In this document: piece after piece, positions 13,499 to 26,502 of the stretch
How the letters are laid out: every line of letters starts with the position of its first letter
Position numbering within the stretch: position 1 is the first letter of the stretch
NCBI GenBank assembly: GCA_017499595.2
Contig: CM039009.1
Span: 744,001 to 808,000, forward strand
DNA: 64,000 nucleotides
Source: Psilocybe cubensis
Taxonomy: Eukaryota
Reading direction: 5' to 3'
The notes under the pieces: model-generated
Seen by the model: the letters and a program-made list of their open reading frames with translations, nothing else
Told to the model about the DNA's origin: nothing
Database searches by the model: none
Program-made: the position numbers and the translations under genes

Positions 13499-14022
13499 GC
13501 GCGGACAGTCTGGCGGACTGTCCGCCGGACTCAAGGTGTATCTTGTGTGTTTGTGACCATGATGTGACGTCCGGGCCACGTCGCGAGCTCATGAAAGTCT
13601 TCCTGGACATAGCCCGCCCCCTGATGCGCTACACGGTGCGCACATTGCTCGTAGCGTATTCCACTGCTGCCCCAAACACGTGAGAATTTCTTCGGTGCAT
13701 TGTGGCTTTTTTGGATATTGGCTGGCTCAACTTCAACTTGCGAACAAGTTTATTACGCGTTTTTCCTACCCCAATGCAGTCATTCACATGTACTCCCATA
13801 GAAATAAATCTGTAATATAAATACCAAAACTTCATACAGCCAAAACAATGGTGAACATCTTCTAGGCCAGCTCGGGGGCGGAGGGCGGTAGTGTGTTGGA
13901 GGGGCACTGATCGCTGTCGAGCACAGTGTGCACGGCTGTCACTAACCCAGTCACGCTCGCTCACTATAAGGCCTATAAGTCCGGCAGACTGTCCGCCGGT
14001 CAGTCTGGCGGACAGTCCGCGC
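13499..14022. mobile_element. Putative non-autonomous DNA transposon (MITE-like), about 520 bp
   Basis: Left end GCGCGGACAGTCTGGCGGACTGTCCGCCGGACT (13499-13531) and right end AGTCCGGCAGACTGTCCGCCGGTCAGTCTGGCGGACAGTCCGCGC (13978-14022) are imperfect inverted repeats made of GGAC(A/T)GTCC-like units. T-runs flank both sides. No convincing coding capacity. Confidence 0.5.
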
Positions 14023-15137
14023 CTTTTTTTTTCGCAAACCACCTGCCCTCCTCGGATTCGGAGTGAACACGTATATTCTATTTTTAGAAGGCATGTATTC
14101 CGAGCGCACCATCAGCGTCGGTGTGCATCGTCGACGTTGAAATGAGCCTCATTCCAAATGTCTGGGGTATATTATGTAACAGAATGAACGTTCCATGACA
14201 TCCTCTAATTTCTTCCAATACTTAAAAGTAGATGGTACCATTTGGAAATAATCAAGCTCGATTCAGGAAACCAAGCGAACTTGCGTCGACCGAACAAACT
14301 CTGGTGCACATTTTATCTTCTTCCCGAGCTAGAAAGAGATCGCCACTGTCTTCCTCAGGGACACCACAGTTACTAACATGTCCGCCCTTGCCCTGAGTCT
14401 TCTAACTGCCCTCCTTCATCCGCCGCCGGGTCCTCCACAGCACTGGAAGAAGAGAGAAACTTCGGAACCCTGGTGTCTAAAAATAGAATCTTATTTGCCC
14501 TAACGTTACTGTCCCATCCACCTGACATGGGCTGCACATCGGATTGAGGATTGAAGGAGATTAGCATAAATGACTTCCTCGACGTGCATTCCATAGTGGC
14601 TGTTAGTCACACATTCTACACTACGGCCGTCAACGATTCTTGACTTGACATGTATTGTATAGGTTGTTTGCTTGCCTCGGAGCAAGGACCATCGAGTTTC
14701 AATTGGATTTGGGCACACGCGGTGTCAATATTTCGTCCGGTATCAGTGGGAAGAGGGACTCTTTAAAAAAAGAATTCGTAGCCTGCGGCGTCTTACTGTT
14801 CCCAAAAAGTAAGGTTACATGGTAAAGACAGTCTCTTTTCATCCGACACTAGAAGAAACTGTTCTTAAAAATATCAAGAGTAGACCCGTATGCCTGGCTC
14901 AGACGTTCTGCTCCGCTGCTTTACTTAGCACAGCACGACAAAGGAAACCTCACACTAATTATACACAAACAGCTTGTAATATTCTGGGTTGTAATTACAC
15001 AACAAGATACTCGAATAACAATATGCACAACAGAGGTTTTAGTGACTACATCTACACTTGAAGAGTGGAAATATTTTTCAACAAATAATAAAGAGGGGAC
15101 GACCCAAATGGATCCGGGTGAAGCTTCGATGGGCTCA

Positions 15138-16417
15138 CTATGGTTTGTCTACGTTGAAGCTTCCTCCATCATCATCGACCTCGCGGTCGATATTCACATG
15201 GATGCGTTTCATGGGCATACTACCGATAGTCTGGACGGGACCGCTTATACCGCTCGCGATGGACTTCTGGCTATCTGCATGGGACTGCAACTTGATGCGG
15301 AGCGTGATGGTGTTAAACGTGATAGCCTATACACAGCAAGTTCATCAATCATCAATGCGTGGTCGACGGAATGATACATCACGAAGCTAAAAGGTAAATC
15401 ATACTTACCACGATGGGGGTTACACTCTCCAACAGAATGTATTGCGCATTAATGTTGTTGCAGTAAAGTGCAAGTAACACGATCTCGACGATCAGCTGGA
15501 GCGCCGCAGACTCGACTAGGATGCGCAAAATTGACAGTAATCTACCTTGTCCGACATGATAGTTGGCCGATCGCCTGTGCGTGATGTAGATCCGCCAACT
15601 CATGAGACCGGTGGTCATGATATTGAGGACGACCGCAATGGAGTAGAACGTTTTGATCCAGGAGTTCAGACGCGGGAGGAAGACGGTGGCGGTGGGGTCG
15701 ACGGAACTGTAGGTGCCACATACGACGTATCCAGCGCCGATGTTTACCATGAGGAGTATAGTGGGCAAGATGATAATCTTCCAGTCGAAACTCCAAAGGA
15801 CCCATGTCCTGTAGATCTAAGAACAAATATGCATGAGGTAAATAATCAACGTGGATGAATTGAAAGGAACGTACAGCGGCCGCGCTTCCAAAATTCTCTT
15901 GCGTAGCGTAGATGGTATCTTTGAGAATATGATCCCACTTTCTAAGGTTACCAATGTAACCAACTGGGCCTCCGGGATCGAGACGGTAGTCTACGTATCC
16001 TCGCAGGAGGCGGAAGCCATTCATAGCAAGATGGAATGTAGCCATGAAAAACATGACCCCGGAAATGATAATCATACCCTAATGAACACCAGAAAAAAAG
16101 GATGAGATCCTCAACTCAAGTATTCATAGCAAGTAGTTGCTCACCGTCGTATGACGATCACGCTTAGATCCAACACGACTATAGCTGGCCGAGAAATATA
16201 CAAACATCGTCGCGCCAAAGATGCAACATAGGAATCCTGGCGCCAAGCTACACGTAAGCCCCACAACCAAGAAGTCGCGGTGTTTATGACATACCATAGA
16301 CGATCGCCTGCAAAGATACCGTCAGCGTCAAATGAAATGACGTCTAGGTCCATGAACATAACTCACCTCTACCCATGTGGCCAAAAGGAATGTTTTTTCA
16401 AGAGAGAGTTGTGCCAT
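15138..16417 (-). CDS. Agaricomycete 7TM-like integral membrane protein of unknown function
   Basis: Spliced: MAQLSLEKTFLLATWVE/AIVYG.../MFFMATFHLAMNGFRLLRGY...ENFGSAAA/IYRTWVLWSFDWKIIILPTILL...NIMTTGLMSWRI...ILVESAAL...VTPIV/ITFNTITLRI...DKP*. 'IYRxW', 'NxxTTxLxxxRI' and 'ILVESA' are family hallmarks. Confidence 0.82.
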
Positions 16418-17293
16418 TGCGGACGAGGTGGGGTTGTCGGAGGGAAAGACGACAGACACTCCTCGGGCAAGTCAAACTGGGGCAGGGTATTATAACCAAA
16501 ACCCGGAATACAGGCTGCATAAAAACGAATGCTCTCATTTATGGGGATGCGGTCGATTTTCTAAAGATAGTGGAGGGGGAATTAGTAAATCGTTCTATGT
16601 CACTGTGAAGCAGGGACTTCCAATCCCTGAACGAATCAACAAATGGGACAGACATCGACAGTTTGCTTCCAATCAGGGCTTCCAGTTTCCATGAACTCCA
16701 GATGCACCCACCCGGTTTCCTGAAAGCGTGGGAGCGCTCACGCTTGCCGTTGGTCAGTTCTTTACGTCCAGCCGAGAATGCCAAATCTGATGAACCGGTT
16801 CAGTTCGATGATGCTTTAGGCGCAAGTCAGTTAGTGCCAATCTCACATCCATGCCTGATACGCGTTAAAATACCTGATAAAATACAGAGGAGCTTTGTCT
16901 ATCGCCTACAGCTTTTATGTCTTGGGAATTTTTTTTTCCCGAGCTCTGGCCAGATATATTCCCGTTGCCACAGATTACTTCTCCAAGTGCGAAAAGAAGA
17001 CGGCCGCAAAGACAAGCGAATTTCATTCAGCACACTTAGACTGCGGGGTCTTTTTTTTCACTTATGAGCTGTTAATAGCTCCGTAGATTCTTGAATATAC
17101 GTCGAAGTCTATCATCTAATCAAGCTATGTGAACATATCTAAAGAAAGAAAATTTTCATGGTTGCCACGAAGGCGTTCCAGAATCCAGAATACACATAGC
17201 ATGGTACACGCGATTGTTTTCGTTCATTTCGTTAAGTTCGTGATTCACAATATTGTACACTACAAGACATGTGGATGAGCATTCTGTGTTCAA

Positions 17294-18547
17294 TCAGAAA
17301 GCGACCAGTTTTGATGCTGCTTTCAGACTCTCTGACGATTCCTTGATCAATTCCCGAACAACATCCTATCATGCCATTATAAGTCTGTTCCGTCAAGTTG
17401 AAACAAATAAATACTCACTCCTGCAGGGGTGATTTTGTTAGTGAGTCCGACACCGACACCGGCCCAAATGATCAATCGGTTTTTATCCTGAGTAGCTGCA
17501 CTTTGTTCAAATCTCTCCAATCGTTGCTCAAGACTGAGACCTTCGGAAACGTCCTTCATGATATCATTCGCAATTGCACGTCCGTTGTGCTTGGGGGGCC
17601 AGTAGTTCGTCTTTCCGACCTCATCAAATGCAAGTGTGCGAACAGTAGCGTTGTTTCCAGCGGCAACGATAACTTCCTTCATAGCTGGGCTGTAGATGCA
17701 CTCGTCGGTAAACAAAAAGCGCGTTCCAAGTACAACGCCCGCCGCTCCCATGGTTAGAAGGGCGGAAATTTGTTTGCCGGTTGAAATACCACCTGCAGCA
17801 ACTACGAGGGGACCGTTAGGAAGGGCATCAAGGATAGCCTGTAGCAAGGTGAAAAGCGGGGGCGCCTCTGATCCTCCATGGCCACCTGCTTCTATGCCTA
17901 GAATACAAATTCCTGTCAGAACCACCGTGAAGAATGCCCCAAACTCCATCAAACTCACCTTGTGCTACGATTACATCGACCTTCCACTCGTTTGCAGCGC
18001 GAACGGCATCTTCAACCGAGTTGACGATTACAAAAATAATAGTCTTGTGGTCCCGTTTTGCGTCGAACGCGTGGATTTGGGCAACATATTTCCCCAGATC
18101 GACACCGAAGGCTAACCAGAGGGCAACGGGCTTCTCTTCTAGAATGGCATGAAGGCGTGGGTCTGGCGACGATTCAGTCATGTCGAGGATCCATCCAATA
18201 CAACCAATGCCAATTGGCACCGGCTGATCTGGGGCAATGTTGAGATTTTTTCTCATCAATGCGAAATTCTCCTTGAGCTCCGCCGAAGAGAAGAAACCTG
18301 AGGGTGTTAGTTTGTGTGAATATTTTTTACCAGACGCCACACGTTCTCACCTGCTCCCATGAAACCGAAAGCGCCAGCCTTGCTTACGGCGCTAGCTAGC
18401 ACTCCAGTGCTGGCAAACGCCATGGGTGCTGAGAGAATGGGGGCATCAATCTCTTTTAACGAGCATCAAATTAGCTTCAGAATACGTGTATTATCTATAG
18501 AAGAACGTACTGAGCAGGTCGGTCAACGGGGTGCGAATTTGAGGCAT
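17294..18547 (-). CDS. Nitronate monooxygenase / 2-nitropropane dioxygenase (FMN-dependent)
   Basis: 'IDAPILSAPMAFAS..LASAVSKAGAFGFMGA', 'VDVIVAQG/IEAGGHG' (catalytic His motif), 'VVAAGGISTGKQISALLTMGAAGVVLGTRF', 'IWAGVGVGL'. Ends DVVRELI...LVAF*. Confidence 0.93.
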
Positions 18548-19553
18548 GGCGAAGAATCAATGAATAGTGTATAGCAGAAAGATGGTTGATAAAAGCCATC
18601 TTTATGACCCAGCTGCTTTTATCGCTGACTAAATGATGGGAGCCTGATGCCGAGGACAGGGCAGTAGTCAGTCGTAACTAGGTTTGGATCCTCAACAAGT
18701 CCGTGCAATGATTTGAGAAGATCAACATCGCTTCCGAGTCTTTGATCGTGATAAACGTTCCTGGGATAAACTATCCTCCCAGGCTTACGTCAAGTTCATT
18801 CATGTCCGAATTGATATGTTTACTTGATGTTAACATATGTAGTAACGCCTCGTATGAAAAATTTCCTTCTATTTCTTAATCGCCTCCCTCCATCTCTCAT
18901 CTAGTTTCACGCAACATACTGAGCCCGTGCAAAACGAGATAGCTGGTATGCTGCTGATAGTACGAATCCAAAACAATCGAATTACATGAGGCACTTCCCC
19001 ACGGCATGTTATTCGGCCATCAATTGACTTGTGATGCCATCAAAACAATTAAATTTCCACACGGACTCCGACTTCCACCACTATTCAAATACAAATCTCC
19101 TTATTCCTGTTCCCACAAGGTCGAGATCCTATGGGTCACTACTCGACAACTACTTAGGCGAAATTCTCTGTGCACTAGACTATGAGCTAGAGAAGTAGCT
19201 GTTATCTTAGTCCGACTTCGACCTTGACTAGAAGCAGATGCAATTGAGTTACAAAAGGGAGTTCGAGTGCAATGCACTGTGTTCAAGTTGAATCAATGAA
19301 ACTTGGATAAGTTGGTCTTTTTGTACCACGAAAGGCAGGATCTGTCAGATCCAGGTGTGTTTAAAAATAATTTCAGGAAGACAATTGTTGTACGAGCGTT
19401 TAAACGGCTTCATTATAATGTTAATGATAACTAGTGTAAATATGTAAAATTATACGCCAGGGAAGAAATTAAGAATTATTAGCCTATCTATTATATGTGA
19501 ACACGATTTCTGTTCATTACTCTTGTACCTTTGAATGGAAAATATGGAGTAAA

Positions 19554-21570
19554 CTACAAGGTTGTCTCTTCTACGGCGTTAATAATGTCCACGACTCCCT
19601 CGAATCGTGGAGTAAGACGAAGTCTATATGGAAGTGGAGTACGGCCAGATAATCCGTCGTATTCTTCAAGAGAGATTGGCTCATCAGGAAGCGCATTGAA
19701 GTCGAATGACCATAATAAACGTGATATAGCCAACCAAAGCTCTCGCTCTGCGGCAGGTAGACCTGGACATATTCTCCGTCTTATGATTAAACATCAGACG
19801 AAATTTTCTGAAGTCGAGGTAGATTAATGCTAACTTACCCTGCACCAAACGCCCAATGATCCCGATCCATCACGTTGGCCAGCTTGGCAGACTCACTACA
19901 CGAAAGCTTATCGTTGATGTATCTCTCCGGATTGAATTTAAGTCTTCTTCCAGATGAGCAGATGCACATTTTATGAGGTAGACTATATACTTACGGTTCG
20001 GGATATCTGGACTCATTGTGATGTAGCGTGAAGCAGTTTAGAAGAACAACAGTGTTCTTCGGTATAAAGGTTCCTTTGTATGTGAAATCTTGTGACGAGC
20101 AGTGGGGCGTAGCAAACCAAAATGGAGCGTGCACACGTTGGACCTGTTGGTGTGTATGAGAAATCTGACAGTGTTAGATACAGACAGACAAGACACTCAC
20201 CTCTTTGATGATTGCTCTAGTAAATGGAAGGCTAGCTTCGTCTTCGAGGCACGGCCATCGTCCACGACCAATCACCTGGTCCAGTTCTAACTGTGCTCGC
20301 TCAAGTACCTCGCGGTGTGATGGAATCAAAGCCAGGAACCATTGAATAATTCCCGATGTCTGAAGAACAAGTCATTGGACTGCAGAGCGCAATGAGGGAC
20401 ATGTCCTTACGGAATGAACACCTCCTAATGTGAATACGGCAGAAAGCATGCATAAATCTTCCCAATCGAGTTTCTCGGATTCCTGGGTCTCCAAGAGCGT
20501 CTTCACCAAACAATCGGGAACATTCTCTCCTGAAAGCATCCTGGACTTGAAGTTTAAGATCATACCACCATATACTTTAATGAGATCATCGTGCAACTTT
20601 TGACCTCGTGAACGCTTTTGTGATGGAAGGTATTGGAGAATCTCAAAAAAGTCGACACAATTGGACCATGGCCCTTTAGAGGCGTCAGAGAAAGTTGACA
20701 GACAGATAACACATGTCAACTGACCAGTGAGATCCATAAACTCCATGGCTAAACCGAGGGCCTTTGCAACAAGCGGGTCATAGGAAGACGTCGTTCGTAG
20801 TCCAAAAGACATGATGAGCATGTTGCTGGAAGTTACACAGGTACAGTCAGCAGGCGTACACACGTCAGGTTGATTGTCAAACGTACTTCAATGCAAACCT
20901 TCCAGCAAAATGAGCAGGGTTGACCGGGGATTTGCCTTGTTGACTCTCGTCATAGAGGGATTTGATGAGAATATGCGATTCATAATCCATCACGGAAGCG
21001 TATCCCTCCATCGCTTTAGGGTTTAGGGCCAGTGCCGCAAGCCGACGGTGCTGTCTCCTTTGATCATTTGAATTAGTTGAAGCACGAATGATATAGATTA
21101 AGAAACCTGTTTATACCATTTATTGCCGTATTCGGACGCGGTAATGGCTCGACCTTTAAGAATTATCTGGTTCTTCATAAAGTACTTTTTTCTACTAGAG
21201 AAGATCGCTCCGTTTGTGACAAGAAGGTCCTTTGCTACAACAGGATCAGATATTACGACGAATAGCTGACTTCCCATCCAGATAGAGAACATTGATCCGT
21301 ATTGTTTCGCCCAAGCGTCAAGAGCCCTTTCAGCATACTTTCGAAGGAACGCGTAACGGACTGGCGGTCCTGGAGGAAGACGATTCCCCTCATAATCCAC
21401 AATCAGATGACGAAGCACAACAGGGCTACAGAAATAGGCCAAGAGAAGTAGAGAGGATATGCCTAGGAACTAAAATGTTGCTTGTCGGTCTTTCCAGTAG
21501 AAGTGGTTAGTAGAAGGAAATTCACTAATACCTTTAAAAGATTTTCGGTTACAGAGCCCGTGAAGGACAT
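19554..21570 (-). CDS. Cytochrome P450 (CYP64-clan-like), multi-exon
   Basis: N-terminal membrane anchor plus 'LPPGPP', WxxxR-type C helix, K-helix 'IIKE/VQR', 'FNPERY', heme motif 'HWAFGAG/RRICPG'. Stop TAG at 19554-19556. Confidence 0.95.
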
Positions 21571-24500
21571 TTTTCTATAGTTGAGTAACAGCGGTTAGTA
21601 GTTCTTATATACCATTTTGTAAGTCGCTGAATCTTGATCCTCCGAATTGTTTCCTCCTCCATTCTTCTTGGTGTCGGTTCAGTATCACTTGACAGCCGTA
21701 TCATTCTAAAGTCTCTTAAATCCCGATTCTATGATGCAATCAGTGTTTTTTGGAGATAATAAGATATCCCCAGGCTATTGTTAAAAGCAGGACGCACTGT
21801 GTTTCATTGAAAACGTGGCTTGGGCGACAAGCTACAAGGTCCGCAGGGCTAACTGAGTTAGCGGAAACACGTATGAGGTAAACCTCGATTTCCCGGGAGT
21901 TCGGATTGTCACTTGGTGGTTTCCCAGCCTACCGAGCTGTACATGATGAAGTAAAGTAGAACAGAGCTACCACCGTTCTGTGGCGATGCGCTGCATGTGC
22001 ATGCTTACCAAATCTCAGAATCGAAAACGTTGAATAGCGAAATAACAGACATAACCCTAAAGGCTCCGCATTTTTGCATGTCTTCTTTCTTGTAGGCCAC
22101 GAGCAGCGTATTTCCGACCTCCGAACGCCATACTAATGAACTCTAACAACGCTCTGCCGCTTAGCAGTTCCGATGACCTTGATCGCGTCGTCGATCATGC
22201 TGACCAAATATAGAGGCAGATATAGAACACAATAACCGCTCGACATTTATTTCAGTAGTAACCGAAATAAGCGGATAGGACTGAGGAGCAAGGCAGAGTT
22301 GATGGCAGCACATTTTCCTCCTGTAGGTCGGACAATCCTAATTCTGTTCTGGCGACTGGATAAAAGTAACAGTGGCCCGCTATTCGGTTAGCTGCGGTGG
22401 AGACAGTGGTGAGCCACGAGTAGATCAATGACACCGATGCAAAGGAATCACAACAGAAAGATCATCAAGTACGTGCATTACGGTTTCAGGTTAACGGAAC
22501 ACTGCAACAAGAATGTACAATGAACTTTCGGCGCTAAGAATGAACTCTAAGAGGACAATGAATAAAAGTTATGATGGTCGGTAGTCCCTACACTTACAGG
22601 TTAATAAAACATTCCACTAGAGAGCGAACCTGAGGGTTGGCATAACATTGTAAGCAAACATAACAATATGTCGGACGTCCCTTGGCTGTGAATGAAGAAG
22701 GTACCAACAATGTTTTGAGATTAGCAATTACGTACTTGTTACACGACGGTTAGCTAGTTTCGCCCAAGAGAGATTCCATGAGTCATAGGTGCTCGTAGAA
22801 TAACAGGTCGCACAATCGAAGCAAGAGGGAGAATGAGAACATGAAAACACTGGGCATCAATAGACTTTAAGTTTCAATGCAACTCATTAATTGACGACAA
22901 CAGTGCTGTCTGTAGACGTTGCATATACTTGACTTCTTCCCACACACCCAAAGGACCTCCACACCCTTTGTGCTTATTCGGAAAGAGTCCATTTATGCGG
23001 GAAACTCACGTCTGAAGCGCCACCAGGAAGGCTGTAACCGACGATGACAATGAAGGAGTACCAATCGCTTGATCATCGCTAACCTCAGTGGCTAGAATCC
23101 ATTCTTTCGGTGCTATGATGGGAGAAAAACACATATTAGAAGGGTAGAAATCTTCTTAAGCACCATGCTAACCTTCAGCTTGGAGTATAACACCCTGTGC
23201 GTTGTAGATGCGATAGAAAGAAGAGCAACAGCAAATTCGAATTGCGAACTGTGTACATCAACCCGCGAAAGGACAGTCCCACGAATGTGTCCCTAGTGGG
23301 TAACACGCAGATGAATCCATGGATTCTGAGCAACAATGGTACCTTCACAGAACATGCATATGGAAGTCACCATCGGAGTGGGTCGAAATGAAAGTTGAAA
23401 GCACCGAGAACGACGTCAAAGTGTGCGGCTGCCCACGGGGCGCATCATTACTGTTCGAAGAAGAAAAATGCACTTGAAAACCCCCTGGCATCTGTTCAAC
23501 GCGCATTTCAGTCAGCTTCGGTGTTCCCGTCAAGCAGGGTCCAGTAGTACTAACCACCATGGGCCCGTTTCTCATCGTAATCTTTTTCTGGAAGGCATGG
23601 AAGAATATATATAAATTCTTACTGACGAAATATGCCTGCATGACTGTGGAACCGAGTGTTTTTCACCGAGTAACGACAAGAAGAAGATGAAATTATATAA
23701 CTTTTTACTTCATCCATGATGCATCCGGTGAGATAGAAGCAAAATGCTGAGTCACGGTTATGTTATTCGCGTGGGATGTCCGAGTATGCCTTGGTTTGCT
23801 GGTACTGGACATGAAAGTCAACTGGGAACATGAGTGCAAAATCAATGTATGACTGCCATTGTTGAATATTTAATACGATTAAATAAAGGATTTTGATCAA
23901 TTTTAAAACAAGAAGTACCGTTCAAACAGTCCGGTGATGCTTAGTAGTGGAAGCGGCGGCTACTAGCGGCGGACAGCACCTCAAGGCTCTGCATCGAATA
24001 TGCCTCAGCCAGAACACACTAACAAATGCATATCTCTGAGAAACAAGTCGCACCTTTGAAGTAGTCGTGACAAGCGTCCAATCAAATCAGAAAAGACAAT
24101 ATACAATGATGTAGGATGCCCCCCAAGTGTCTGTGTTGATCCAAATACACTATTTATTTATCTGAATAACGAACGTGTCAGAGTCTGGATATGGAGTCTG
24201 ATTAGTATATACCTGTGTATATACTCCAAAACAAAACAAATGATCCACCCCTACCAAAGCTCACATTGAAAAAATTCGAACACAATAAAAGCTTGAAAAA
24301 TCTGGCAGGAGCAAACCGGATAGAGTCTCTGAAGGTCCGGACTGAATCGAGGCCTTGCGCCGAAAGCAGTGCAAGTATGCTGATCGTGAGAATGTTTCCT
24401 TTTCAGTTCTCGGTGGCAAACCAATCATATGTTGCCGTTTATTGGATCCGACTTCAACACTGTCGACCGTTTTGGGTCGGACGACCGGCAGACGGAAGAC

Positions 24501-24597
24501 GAGTTTAGGGGGGACGCTCGAGCCACCTTCTTTCTTTCTTTACCACCACAATCATTATCCACTAGCCATACATTTAAAAACTGCAACCACAGGTGCC

Positions 24598-26502
24598 ATG
24601 ATAAAGATTCCTCCGAGCCCTACCAACAATCCATATATGGATTGCATCCACAGACCTGATTTTATCAAACTGCCGATAGATATCCAGCGCGAATACGCTG
24701 AAGTAAGTGTAGTCTTTCAGAGCACTATGAGTATATGGCTGTGGTCTGACGTGGCCCGTCTCAAACAGCACTATCGGTTTCCAAGCCCAAATCAATTATC
24801 TTTGGAGCAAATCAGTGCTCTCCTCAGTGGGATTGATTGGATTCCAGCATTGAAGCATCATGTCTGGATACCAAGGCCCGACTTCAAAGGTGTTACTGTC
24901 TCCCGCGATTTGAACGATCTCGAGACATGGTGTGCAAATGCGGTAGTGGCTGAGACCCTGGGCACACAGAAATCTCGATCATTGATTCCTCTAGCTGTCT
25001 TATACAGCCTCCTGCGAGAGCAATTCGAGGAGGGACAGGCGTATATGCACGGCCGAGTACCACAGGATGAGGCCAGAAAAGACTCCGTTGCTAAAAAAGG
25101 CCGCTATACCGCTGTGGCTTCCATGAGTCAAAAGCAAATTGTCCTGTCTATGGCTCGAATTCGGCTAATTCGCAGTAAAAAATATCTAAATTCTAGACAA
25201 CCCTTAATAACCCTGCGAGAAGATCTATTGGGACAGATTGTACGGGATATAGCTGTCAAGTCCAATTCTTCAACAAGCACGAAGGACGAAACGCAGCTGG
25301 ATGAGGTTAAATCTTTAGAAATCTCGAAACTATCTCGAGGCCGAGTGGCAGAGCTGCGCCTGGCCGCTAAAATTTCTGCCCAGTCTCTGCATGACATCAA
25401 AGCTCAAGAATCGCGCTCCCTTTCAGCCCAAAGTGGCCCAGCCAGAGAACCACAGCAGACAACCAATGATTCTGTCAGTAGTAAACCCGCCTCATTCAAG
25501 TTGTTAGAAGATTCAGGGACGGCAGATCCTGGAGCGAAGACCCCGGGCAAGGCTGCACTTCGCAGAAGTGACAGCATCAAGAGAGACAAGAGGAGCCCTA
25601 AAAGCAGCCGTCGTCGTAAGAGTGGACGACGAAAACGCCTCGAACTCCAGGAATATGCAAAGGAATTGGAGACGAGCTTGAAGGTCATACACGAAGCCGA
25701 TGAGGACGGTTATGAATCAGACGATTTCCAATCCACAGACCCCATGCCACAGGGTGGCATTGAAGATGAATATGAATTTATTCCTTCCGACGAAGATCAA
25801 GACTTTGACGTCGATGTTTCCCCGGAGGTTGAAGAACAGACCAGCGAGATTGGTGTCCCTGTGGCACAGGAAAAGCATGGGTCTGTGTCTGGCATTATTG
25901 CCGGATTCAAATCAATTTGTGCAGACGCGTCGAATGCGGTCGCGGGTGGTACACAGACTATAGTTTCAGGAGTCCATAATTTATTAGCCATTGGACGCCC
26001 AAAGCGCAAGCGCAATCTTGCAGACGAGGGCATTCAGGACGATGAGGTAGTCAACGACCAGACGCCAACAACTCCTACACGTAAAAGGGCGCGGATAGAG
26101 CTGGATTTGGAGCATGAACACATTCGCAGGTCGTACACGCAGGATACACTGCCAGCAAAAACGACGCCATCTCCGTCTGCACGATCCGAGAGAAGATCAC
26201 TCGCTTCCAACCCGAAGAGGAGTTATGCAACAAGGCGTCGTCGCGCGCCGGCGACAAGAGTGACCATCAGTGAATTCGGTCAGATCCAGAGGTTTCCGAT
26301 GATGGACGACCGAATGGACACCGATCCTCCCGCGAGGGCTTATACTAGGGAAGACGAAACTCAAAACATTTCGACTGTGGAGGAAGCTGGTCCTCCAACC
26401 TCGTCGACCCGTCAACTTCCGCGTACAAGGGCAATGGCCCTTTCTTCCTCCAGCCAGTCTGCTCGCCCAACTGGCGTCAAGTTCCCTCTGGGCCGAAACT
26501 GA
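24598..26502 (+). CDS. Uncharacterised protein, paralog A of a 3-member family (N-terminal WIPALKHHVWIPRPD domain, disordered middle, amphipathic helix plus NLS)
   Basis: Long ORF. ATG at 24598 aligns with the start of paralog C. A 66-nt in-frame intron at 24703-24768 (GTAAGT...CTGAC...CAG) sits at the same position as intron 1 of paralog C. Basic motifs RPKRKR and RKRAR. Confidence 0.8.
   Translation: MIKIPPSPTNNPYMDCIHRPDFIKLPIDIQREYAEVSVVFQSTMSIWLWSDVARLKQHYRFPSPNQLSLEQISALLSGIDWIPALKHHVWIPRPDFKGVTVSRDLNDLETWCANAVVAETLGTQKSRSLIPLAVLYSLLREQFEEGQAYMHGRVPQDEARKDSVAKKGRYTAVASMSQKQIVLSMARIRLIRSKKYLNSRQPLITLREDLLGQIVRDIAVKSNSSTSTKDETQLDEVKSLEISKLSRGRVAELRLAAKISAQSLHDIKAQESRSLSAQSGPAREPQQTTNDSVSSKPASFKLLEDSGTADPGAKTPGKAALRRSDSIKRDKRSPKSSRRRKSGRRKRLELQEYAKELETSLKVIHEADEDGYESDDFQSTDPMPQGGIEDEYEFIPSDEDQDFDVDVSPEVEEQTSEIGVPVAQEKHGSVSGIIAGFKSICADASNAVAGGTQTIVSGVHNLLAIGRPKRKRNLADEGIQDDEVVNDQTPTTPTRKRARIELDLEHEHIRRSYTQDTLPAKTTPSPSARSERRSLASNPKRSYATRRRRAPATRVTISEFGQIQRFPMMDDRMDTDPPARAYTREDETQNISTVEEAGPPTSSTRQLPRTRAMALSSSSQSARPTGVKFPLGRN

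Noticed and set aside
21014-21027. TTTAGGGTTTAGGG telomere-like repeat
   Set aside because: Only two units, lying inside a P450 exon that encodes ALNPKA; chance.
21600-24350. 2.7-kb gap with short ORFs (23197, 23345, 23423)
   Set aside because: No coherent spliced product or recognisable motif; could be decayed sequence but cannot be supported.
24355-24597. N-terminal 81 codons of the 715-aa ORF
   Set aside because: Starts at TTG and covers the pyrimidine-rich promoter/5' UTR; homology with paralog C begins at the ATG at 24598.
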